In this document: one piece after another, positions 53,202 to 60,800 of the stretch
Numbering within the stretch: position 1 is the stretch's first letter
Layout: each line of letters opens with the position of its first letter
From: Syntrophothermus sp. DTU052
GTDB taxonomy: Bacteria > Bacillota > Syntrophomonadia > Syntrophomonadales > DTU052
Direction: 5' to 3'
Assembly: GCA_001512495.1 (NCBI GenBank)
Contig: LFRU01000036.1
Span: 1 to 60,800, forward strand
Length of the DNA stretch: 60,800 nt
Notes under the pieces: model-generated
Told to the model about the DNA's origin: nothing
Databases searched by the model: none
The model's input: only the letters and a program-made list of their open reading frames with translations
Program-made: the position numbers and the translations under genes

Positions 53202-53459
53202 TCGGCACCTCGGACCGCGTAAAGTTACCGCCTGAGTTAATCTGTAATATGAACGGCAGGAGTCCATTGGCGAGACCTCCGTAATCTGCTGCTGCAAGTT
53301 ATGCACAGCCTGCCCCCATGATTTGCCTGGTTACGGAGGGCGACGGGCGGTTTTGTCAAACCAAATTAAGTATAACCGCGGCGATAGGCAAATATAATGC
53401 CGGTCGTGACTCAATTAGATGTACAATAGAACAGTTATTATAGCAGGAGGCGAAGCACT

Positions 53460-53882
53460 GTGCGGGAAGGGTACCATTTCAGTCATAAGATCAGGGTCCG
53501 GTATACGGAAATTGACGGGCAGATGATCGTCATGAACAGTAATTACCTGAACTACATAATAGTAACCAACACCGAGTTTTTCCGGCATCTGGGAATAAAA
53601 GTAGACAGCTTCGAAGAATCGCAGTTCGATATTGCACTGATCACATCGTACCTTGAATTCAAAAGCCCGGCTTTTTTCGATGATGTCATCGAGTGTAACC
53701 TGAGAATAGCCGAAGTCGGCAACAAAAGCTACAAGGCGGAATATGCCTTCGTGCGGGAAGCCACCGGAGAAATACTGTTTACCGCCCAGAATACGTATGC
53801 ATGCTTCAACCCCATACTCAAGAAAAGCGCTCCCATTCCTGAATACGTAAAAGAAAAATTTTGGGCTCTGCAGGGGTCGTAA
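53460..53882 (+). CDS. Acyl-CoA thioesterase (4HBT/YbgC hotdog fold)
   Basis: RVRYTEIDGQ.IV.N.NY, FKSPAFFDD, VGNKS. Confidence 0.85.
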   Translation: MREGYHFSHKIRVRYTEIDGQMIVMNSNYLNYIIVTNTEFFRHLGIKVDSFEESQFDIALITSYLEFKSPAFFDDVIECNLRIAEVGNKSYKAEYAFVREATGEILFTAQNTYACFNPILKKSAPIPEYVKEKFWALQGS

Positions 53883-54075
53883 GGTTTGGACCTGAGAACC
53901 GGGGGCCTGCTTTGAACAACCGGAGGCTAAGAAACGGCAGATAGGAGAGTTTTGCTATTCGCCCTTTGAATTACACTCCGGGTTGGTTCTGCAAAGATTG
54001 ACACTCCGGCCGTGAATCATAAAATATATCAAAAGGACAGATAATGTTCTTAAAAACAGGTGAGGAGTTGAAAAA

Positions 54076-54252
54076 ATGGATGCGGTAACGACAGTTCTTG
54101 ATGCCATGAACAAGGCGGGTAAGCCCCTTAGTGCGGGCCAGATTGCGGAGTTGACCGGGCTCGACAAGAAAGAAGTGGACAAGGCCATGAATAAGCTTAA
54201 GAAGGAGGAGCGGATTACTTCTCCCAAGAGATGCTACTGGGAACCCAAGTAA
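54076..54252 (+). CDS. 58-aa winged-helix protein (not in ORF track)
   Basis: GAGGAG SD; [58 protein letters not shown]. Confidence 0.85.
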   Translation: MDAVTTVLDAMNKAGKPLSAGQIAELTGLDKKEVDKAMNKLKKEERITSPKRCYWEPK

Positions 54253-54411
54253 ACAAGGCATTGCTAGCGGGTTCGATTCAGTTCTTCGCCTGGAATAAGG
54301 GGAAAGCAGTGATTCCTGGGAACAGGGGGTCATAATTAAATTCCCTTGTAAGTAAAACCATGGCTCCGCCGTATCTTAGGGTAGGAAGCAATCATCAGGA
54401 GGGTTGGAACC

Positions 54412-55065
54412 ATGTGGAAGAAAACAGCAATCATCGTGACCCTGGCAGTGCTTATGAGCCTGGTTGGAGGGGCGGCACTTGCAGGCCCGTCCGTTGAAAT
54501 CTCAGACCTTGAGAAGCACTGGGCCCGGCAGCAGGTAATGACGGCCATCGATCAGGGAATCATGAGTGGTGCCGGAGACGGACGGTTTTTCCCCGACCGG
54601 GCCCTGACCCGGGCGGAGCTGGCAGTGGTGCTGCACAAGATGTTTGAGCTGGATTACGGGGATATCCAGTTCATTAAGGCCCCGGAGATCACAGATTATT
54701 ACGACGATGTACCTGCGGGGACCTGGTATACGGACGCAGTCATGCTTATGGCCATCAATCAGATATTGCCCGGGGATTCACGGGAGTTCAAGCCCCGGCA
54801 GCCGGTAACCCGTCTGGAGGTGGCTCAGGCGGTTACCCGGTGTTTTACGGTCAAGGAAATCCCGGTCGTAACCATCATGATGCTGCCCATCTACGAGGAT
54901 ACCAGGGATATGGAAGGGGAACCGGCTATCGCCTTTATTACCAACACCGGCATTATGAAAGGCAACAACAATTACTTCCGACCCTATGATCCCCTGACCC
55001 GGGCGGAAGCAGCCTGTGTTTTTGTAAACACCGCCAGGGTAATCAAGCAATACCGAACCGAGTAG
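54412..55065 (+). CDS. Secreted S-layer homology (SLH) domain protein
   Basis: Signal peptide; three F.P....TR.E SLH motifs. Confidence 0.88.
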   Translation: MWKKTAIIVTLAVLMSLVGGAALAGPSVEISDLEKHWARQQVMTAIDQGIMSGAGDGRFFPDRALTRAELAVVLHKMFELDYGDIQFIKAPEITDYYDDVPAGTWYTDAVMLMAINQILPGDSREFKPRQPVTRLEVAQAVTRCFTVKEIPVVTIMMLPIYEDTRDMEGEPAIAFITNTGIMKGNNNYFRPYDPLTRAEAACVFVNTARVIKQYRTE

Positions 55066-55100
55066 AGAGTATGTGTACATAGAATGTTTGCTGCTTAACG

Positions 55101-55127
55101 AAAGGACCGCAAGGCCGGTCCTTTTTT
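55101..55127 (+). terminator. Intrinsic terminator
   Basis: aaaggaccg / cggtccttt followed by T-run. Confidence 0.8.
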
Positions 55128-55265
55128 ATGTCACCCTGGTTCTGAATAACCGGCAGGCTCCGGTGAGCATGTGGAAAAGACTGCTCCCTTGTATCGTGTT
55201 TGATTAGTGGTGTTTTTACCCGGGCATGATATACTGGGTTCGTAACCAAAAAAGGAGGATGGTGT

Positions 55266-55316
55266 ATGTTGGAGATTGTAGGAGTCTTGAAACAGAGGCG
55301 TCAAATCAAGCCGTAG
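55266..55316 (+). CDS. Putative 16-aa leader peptide MLEIVGVLKQRRQIKP
   Basis: AAGGAGG SD 7 nt upstream; overlaps alternative hairpins before the rsgA-like gene. Confidence 0.5.
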   Translation: MLEIVGVLKQRRQIKP

Positions 55317-55370
55317 ACTCCTCAGTTTTAACTGGGTTCTTCTACGGCGCAGAGCTAAGGAGGAACCAAA

Positions 55371-56432
55371 TTGAATCTTACAGAATTGGGATGGGATTCC
55401 GCCTGGGATGAATTGTTACTGGCGGATTCCGACGTAGAATACGGCGTGGGTAGGGTATCCGCAGAACACAAACACCTGTACCGGGTGTTTACGGAGCAGG
55501 GTGAGACCCTGGCCCAGGTTTCAGGAAAATACCGTCATGATGCCCGCAGTCGCAGTGATTTTCCGGTGGTAGGGGACTGGGTGGTAATAACGTCGGGCTC
55601 TGACCAGGACCGCGCCATTATATGGGGGATTCTGCCCCGGCGGAACAAGTTTTCCCGCCAGGCGGCGGGAGAAAACGAGGAAGAGCAGGCCTTGGTTGCC
55701 AACATCGATGCCGTATTTATCGTCAGCTCGCTGAATCGAGACTTTAACCTGCGCAGAATGGAACGCTACCTGGTTCTGACCTGGGAAAGCGGGGTCAATC
55801 CGGTCATTGTTCTGAATAAGGCTGACCTGTGTGAGGATGTATATTCAAAAATTACCGAGATAAGCTCGATTGCTCCCGGTGTTCCTGTTCATGCGATCAG
55901 CTGTGAAACCGGCCAGGGACTTGATCAGCTCACACCGTATCTCGGAACCGGTAAAACCGTCGCCCTGCTGGGTTCGTCCGGGGTCGGCAAGTCGACCCTG
56001 CTGAACTGCCTGCTGGGTGAGTCGATTAAACGAACCGGTGCCGTGCGTTCACAGGATAGCCGGGGACGCCATACCACTACTCACCGGCAGATGCACCTGC
56101 TGCCCCGGGGCGGCCTCGTGATCGACACCCCCGGTTTGCGGGAGCTGAGGCTGTGGGGATCAGACGAGGGTATAAGCAGCACCTTTGAGGATATTGAGGA
56201 ATATAGCGTCCGGTGCCGGTTTAATGATTGCCGGCACCAGGGGGAGCCGGGTTGTGCGGTGATGGAGGCGCTGGAATCCGGTGTACTTGACTGGGCCCGG
56301 TACCAGAGCTATCTCAAGCTGCAAAAAGAAATGGCCTACATCTCCCGCAAGGAAAACCTCTTTGAGGCTTTGGAGGAAAAGGAGAAATGGAAGCAGATCC
56401 ATAAGGAGATCAAGCGCATCAAGAAACGTTAA
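55371..56432 (+). CDS. rsgA: RsgA-family circularly permuted GTPase (likely paralog)
   Basis: NKAD, GSSGVGKST, GRHTTT, DTPGLRE, CRF.DC.H..EPGC. Confidence 0.92.
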   Translation: MNLTELGWDSAWDELLLADSDVEYGVGRVSAEHKHLYRVFTEQGETLAQVSGKYRHDARSRSDFPVVGDWVVITSGSDQDRAIIWGILPRRNKFSRQAAGENEEEQALVANIDAVFIVSSLNRDFNLRRMERYLVLTWESGVNPVIVLNKADLCEDVYSKITEISSIAPGVPVHAISCETGQGLDQLTPYLGTGKTVALLGSSGVGKSTLLNCLLGESIKRTGAVRSQDSRGRHTTTHRQMHLLPRGGLVIDTPGLRELRLWGSDEGISSTFEDIEEYSVRCRFNDCRHQGEPGCAVMEALESGVLDWARYQSYLKLQKEMAYISRKENLFEALEEKEKWKQIHKEIKRIKKR

Positions 56433-56619
56433 AGCCTTTATAATAGAGTAACGGGCAAACGGCTGTCACTCAGCCGACGGGGCGGAAGATCCGCCGAGCA
56501 GCGGGGATACTTGGTTAAGTACCCCGCTTATTTATTGGGATGGAAATAACAGATGGCCATCAGATTCTCGGCGATCAAAGAGCAACTCCATGAAAGGGCA
56601 GATAATACCAGGATTTATT

Positions 56620-56646
56620 TGAAACCTTCATGAAGCAGCAATCGTA
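56620..56646 (+). promoter_or_regulatory. Possible ECF (sigma-W-like) promoter
   Basis: TGAAAC-17-CGTA. Confidence 0.35.
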
Positions 56647-56833
56647 TTAATAATTGATAGAAAACGATTTGATCAATGATTATTTTACATTGTTTTACAT
56701 GGCTTACATGACGCCGGGAACTCGCCCCCAGGTAAGCGGAAAACTACCGGCCAACCGCAAAACTACGCCGTACATATTTGGTAAGCATGATGAACCAGTC
56801 AACATAGGTTACATCACAGAAAGGGGAACTGGC

Positions 56834-58333
56834 ATGGAACCGAACATGGTCAATCCGCATGAAAAGCCGGTAGCTATTCAACCCGTCCGAAGAAAACAAT
56901 ATTCAGCCGTCCTTTTTATATTTCTGCTGTTGATCATGGGCTGGTTGGGAGCCTATGTTTACTTCAAGGCAGAAACCAACCGTTTTTCGAACCTGCTGGA
57001 GCAGGGTGAATACAGCGAGGCCATTGATTATTACCGGCACGCAGCCGGCTTTCTTCCCGGAGGGAGTGAAAAGTGGTTAAAAGGGCGATTTGAAGGGGCT
57101 TTAGATGTCCGGTTGGAAGAAATGGTTGAGGATTACCTGTCCAACCGGGCGGATTACAGTGAGCTTTCGAGTTGCCTGAAAGCCGTCAGCCAGATGAGCC
57201 TGGCCCCGGCCCATCTGAAAAAATACCAGGCACTGGTAGAGGCGGAGCATGCCAGCCGGTTTAGTGACGAGCACCGGGCCATCTCCATAGTCGAGAAGGC
57301 TCTGGAAGATTACCCCGGGGACGCTCTGCTGGAGGCGCAACTGGCCCGGTACCGGAAAAGGGCGGCTGAGTTGGTGTTGTACGAAGGGCCGGTACAGCAT
57401 ATCTTCTTTCATCCGTTAATAGTCTATCCGGAGAAGGCCTTCGATGATGATCGGATGGCCCGGGGCTTAAACGAGTTTATGGTCACGGTCAGGGAGTTCA
57501 ACCGCATACTGGCATCATTGTACGAAAAGGGTTATATACTGATCGACATCCATGAGATATTTGAAGAGAGGACCAATAATGGCAGGACCGAACTGGTCAG
57601 GAAGGAGCTGTGGCTGCCGAAGAACAGGAAGCCGCTCATTCTGTCAATTGATGACCTGAATTTCTATCCCTACATGAAGGAAAACGGCATGAACCAAAAG
57701 CTGGTCCTTGACAGCGATGGCAATGTGGCCGCATATTTGATCAGCCCGGAGGGTGAGGAAATCACCGCCTACGACACGGAGATTGTTACCATCCTGGACA
57801 GATTTGTGGCCGAACACCCGGATTTCTCCTATAAGGGAGCCAAGGGTATCATTGCCCTGACCGGATTTAACGGGGTTTTGGGATACCAGACCAATGCCAT
57901 CAGTTCGCCTTCCTATGCTGCCGAAAAAGAACAGGCCTTGGCGGTAATTATGCGATTGCAGGAAACAGGCTGGTCGTTTGCCTCCCACGGGTACGGGCAC
58001 ATAGATACCGCCCGGCGCAGTCTGAGCGATCTTATAGAAGATACGGAAAAGTGGAAGGTTGAAGTAGAATCTTTGATTGGACCAACCGATGTATATATCT
58101 ATCCCTATGGCAGCACCGTGCCCACCACTGATCCGCGCTTTAAGTACCTGCAGCAAAGCGGATTCAGGGTTTTCTGTGGAGTTGGGCCGAGGGAGTACCT
58201 GAGATACTACCCGGATTCGTTGGTAATGGACCGCCGTCATATTGACGGGATTGCCTTCTGGCAGCAGCCTGAAACCTTGGTGGATCTTTTTACGGTAAGT
58301 GAGGTAATTGACCCGGTCAGACCGCCTTTATGA
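56834..58333 (+). CDS. Membrane-anchored polysaccharide deacetylase-like protein
   Basis: TM near N-terminus; HIFFHPL, LSIDD, FASHGYGH, YPYG; ATG at 56834 after AAGGGG. Confidence 0.8.
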   Translation: MEPNMVNPHEKPVAIQPVRRKQYSAVLFIFLLLIMGWLGAYVYFKAETNRFSNLLEQGEYSEAIDYYRHAAGFLPGGSEKWLKGRFEGALDVRLEEMVEDYLSNRADYSELSSCLKAVSQMSLAPAHLKKYQALVEAEHASRFSDEHRAISIVEKALEDYPGDALLEAQLARYRKRAAELVLYEGPVQHIFFHPLIVYPEKAFDDDRMARGLNEFMVTVREFNRILASLYEKGYILIDIHEIFEERTNNGRTELVRKELWLPKNRKPLILSIDDLNFYPYMKENGMNQKLVLDSDGNVAAYLISPEGEEITAYDTEIVTILDRFVAEHPDFSYKGAKGIIALTGFNGVLGYQTNAISSPSYAAEKEQALAVIMRLQETGWSFASHGYGHIDTARRSLSDLIEDTEKWKVEVESLIGPTDVYIYPYGSTVPTTDPRFKYLQQSGFRVFCGVGPREYLRYYPDSLVMDRRHIDGIAFWQQPETLVDLFTVSEVIDPVRPPL

Positions 58334-58522
58334 TAAGGCCACAAATTATTATTCCAACCGGCGGTGGACCGGACCGACAAGTAAGTGGCGGGGGGACGTT
58401 TGGTCAACATCCCCCCGTTGCCATATGGGGAAGTTGTGGAGTCAAACTAAACAGGATATATCATAATAAGTATAGAAATAATGGGCGGCCTATTTGGGCT
58501 GCAGGATTAAAAGAAAGAGGGC

Positions 58523-59923
58523 ATGGCGATGGAAAAGACGGTGGTGCGTCAACTGGTGCGGGACCCGGGCCGATATGTTGATAAGGAAGTGGAAATCAGC
58601 GGCTGGCTCAGAAGCAACCGGGATCAGAAATCATTTGGGTTCCTGTCCCTCAACGATGGGACCCATTTCAATACAGTACAGGTCGTTTACGAAAGGGATT
58701 CACTCGAGAATTTCGAGGAGATCGCCCGTTACCGGGTGGGCTCGGCGGTCACGGTGCGGGGAATCTTGGTAGAGACCCCGGATGCCAGACAGCCCTTCGA
58801 AATCAAAGCCCGGGAGATTGTCCTTGAGGGGGAGGCCCCTGAGGATTATCCTATTCAGCCCAAACGCCATACCCGTGAGTTCCTGCGGGAGGTTGCCCAT
58901 CTGAGACCGCGGACCAATCTCTTCTCGGCAGTGTTCCGCGTTCGGTCCCTGGCCGCTTATGCGGTGCACCAGTTCTTCCAGGAAAGAGGTTTTGTCTATG
59001 TGCATACACCGATTATTACTGCCAGTGATGCGGAGGGTGCCGGGGAGATGTTTCAGGTAACCACCCTGGAACCCCGTAGTCTACCCCTCAGCGATCAGGG
59101 GGAGGTAGACTTCACCCGGGATTTCTTCGGGCGCAAAACCAATCTTACTGTAAGCGGACAACTGGAGGCGGAAGCCTTTGCTTTGGCTTTTCGGGATGTA
59201 TACACTTTTGGCCCCACTTTTCGAGCGGAAAATTCCAACACGGCGCGGCATGCAGCCGAGTTCTGGATGATAGAGCCGGAAATGGCGTTTGCCGAGCTGC
59301 AGGATAATATGCGCATGGCGGAAGCAATGATAAAGTACGTTGTTGCCTATGTTATCGATAAGGCGCCGGAGGAAATGGACTTCTGCTTTCAATTCGTGGA
59401 CAAAGAATTGCGGGAACGCCTGCTTTCAGTGGTTGAGAAGGATTTTACCCAGGTTACCTACACCGAAGCAGTAGAAATCCTCCAAAGATCCGGGGAGAAC
59501 TTCGAATACCCCCCAAAATGGGGGGATGACCTGAAGACCGAGCACGAACGTTATCTGACGGAAAAAGTATTCAAAAGACCGGTGTTCGTAACTGACTATC
59601 CCCGCGATATCAAGGCCTTCTACATGAGGCAGAACGATGACGGAAAAACGGTAGCCGCCATGGATCTGCTTGTTCCCGGAGTTGGAGAACTAATTGGGGG
59701 CAGTCAGAGAGAGGAAAGATCTGACCTCCTGGAAAAGAGGATGGCGGAGATGGGAATTAATAAGGAAGATTTGTGGTGGTATCTTGAGCTCAGAAAATAC
59801 GGCGGTGTAAAGCATGCCGGATTCGGGGTGGGGTTTGAGCGGCTTATTATGTACCTGACCGGGGTGAGCAATATCAGGGATGTGATTCCGTTCCCCAGGA
59901 CTGTAAAATCCTGCGATTTCTAA
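58523..59923 (+). CDS. asnS: Asparagine--tRNA ligase
   Basis: [43 protein letters not shown]. Confidence 0.97.
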   Translation: MAMEKTVVRQLVRDPGRYVDKEVEISGWLRSNRDQKSFGFLSLNDGTHFNTVQVVYERDSLENFEEIARYRVGSAVTVRGILVETPDARQPFEIKAREIVLEGEAPEDYPIQPKRHTREFLREVAHLRPRTNLFSAVFRVRSLAAYAVHQFFQERGFVYVHTPIITASDAEGAGEMFQVTTLEPRSLPLSDQGEVDFTRDFFGRKTNLTVSGQLEAEAFALAFRDVYTFGPTFRAENSNTARHAAEFWMIEPEMAFAELQDNMRMAEAMIKYVVAYVIDKAPEEMDFCFQFVDKELRERLLSVVEKDFTQVTYTEAVEILQRSGENFEYPPKWGDDLKTEHERYLTEKVFKRPVFVTDYPRDIKAFYMRQNDDGKTVAAMDLLVPGVGELIGGSQREERSDLLEKRMAEMGINKEDLWWYLELRKYGGVKHAGFGVGFERLIMYLTGVSNIRDVIPFPRTVKSCDF

Positions 59924-60045
59924 GCGACCGATCTTGAATACGGCAACGAGGATAAATTTGGTACTATTAGGTAAGGGATGACTCGCGAAAAGAGCCAACC
60001 CTTCTGGTAAAATGACATCAGAATGATTTTCAGGAGGCGGTGGCC

Positions 60046-60690
60046 ATGGGAGAGAGAATTGAATTCACCCGGAACTATTCCGACCTTAGTACCAATAAGG
60101 GATTTCAATTCGAGTTTTATTGTGATCGCTGCGGCAGTGGCTATCGAACTCGTTTTAAGCCATCCGTATCCGGCACCCTAACCGAGGTTTTGGATACGGC
60201 CGGCAGCCTGTTTGGCGGGATATTCAACAGTGCCGCCAATGTAGGTGAGCGGATGCGCTCAGCAACCTGGGAAAAGGCTCATGACGAGGCTTTTATGGAG
60301 GCGATGAGAGAACTCAAGCCCGATTTTATTCAGTGCCCGCGCTGTTCAAGCTGGGTTTGCAGGAAAAGTTGCTGGAATGTAAAAAAAGGATTGTGTAAAG
60401 AATGTGCTCCCGATATGGGGGTTGAGATGGCCGCAGCCCAGGCCAGCCGCTCGGTAGAAGAGGTTTGGGCTCACGCCGCTATGTCCGAGGAGGATAAGAA
60501 ACTGGCGGCTGGAAACTGGCGGGAGAATATTCGCGCCTCCTGTCCCGAATGTGAAGCACCATTGCAGAGCAATGCCAAGTTCTGCCCCGAGTGTGGAGCC
60601 CGGTTAAAAGCGAAGACCGAGTGCCCCAATTGTGGAGAAAAGTTTACTCCCGGCGCCAAGTTCTGTCCTGAATGCGGGCAGAAGTTATAG
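60046..60690 (+). CDS. Zinc-ribbon protein with C-terminal double zinc ribbon
   Basis: GFQFEFYCDRCG, CPRC..C..C, repeated CPEC..AKFCPECG. Confidence 0.85.
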   Translation: MGERIEFTRNYSDLSTNKGFQFEFYCDRCGSGYRTRFKPSVSGTLTEVLDTAGSLFGGIFNSAANVGERMRSATWEKAHDEAFMEAMRELKPDFIQCPRCSSWVCRKSCWNVKKGLCKECAPDMGVEMAAAQASRSVEEVWAHAAMSEEDKKLAAGNWRENIRASCPECEAPLQSNAKFCPECGARLKAKTECPNCGEKFTPGAKFCPECGQKL

Positions 60691-60709
60691 CCGGGATGCC
60701 AAAATACAT

Positions 60710-60735
60710 AGACCGCCATCATTTGATGGCGGTCT
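60710..60735 (+). terminator. Terminator-type hairpin (intron target)
   Basis: agaccgccatc-attt-gatggcggtct 11-bp stem. Confidence 0.75.
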
Positions 60736-60743
60736 CAGATTGC

Positions 60744-60800
60744 GTGCGCCCGGCATGGGTGCTGTCTATAGGGTGAAAGTCCCGAACGACGAAGGTAGCA
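60744..60800 (+). mobile_element. 5' end of a bacterial class C (IIC) group II intron, cut by window edge
   Basis: GTGCGCCCGGCATGGGTGC..TCTATAGGGTGAAAGTCCCGAA immediately after a terminator hairpin. Confidence 0.85.

Noticed and set aside
56453-56495. GGGCAAAC-hairpin-GACG resembling a c-di-GMP-I riboswitch
   Set aside because: No GNRA tetraloop and no GCAAAG/P2 receptor; far from the next start

Overview
Replication-origin region of an anaerobic Firmicute chromosome (Clostridia; Syntrophomonadaceae-like by gene content, inference only). The left end holds gyrB-remB-recF-dnaN-dnaA with oriC elements on the minus strand, followed by rpmH-rnpA-yidD-yidC-jag-mnmE-mnmG-rsmG-noc and soj-spo0J with two parS sites. 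The middle holds a dispersed selenocysteine cluster (csd-like, selA, selB, tRNA-Sec, a UGA-containing selD with SECIS, yedF), rpsF-ssb-rpsR, rplI, purA, three tRNAs, a SCIFF ranthipeptide pair, murA, htrA and rlmH. An accessory tract follows, ending in the 5' end of a class C group II intron cut by the window edge. I cannot demonstrate a complete new multi-gene system. The best leads are a putative leader-peptide attenuator before an RsgA-like GTPase, a tRNA-Phe lacking its T-loop, a stand-alone YabG N-terminal-like protein, a degenerate sigma-H-type PAS kinase, a rubredoxin/4Fe-4S/CDGSH fusion, a 58-aa Z-alpha-like winged-helix ORF missed by the ORF track, and an unassigned structured intergenic RNA. 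All family calls are from motif recognition; no searches were run.
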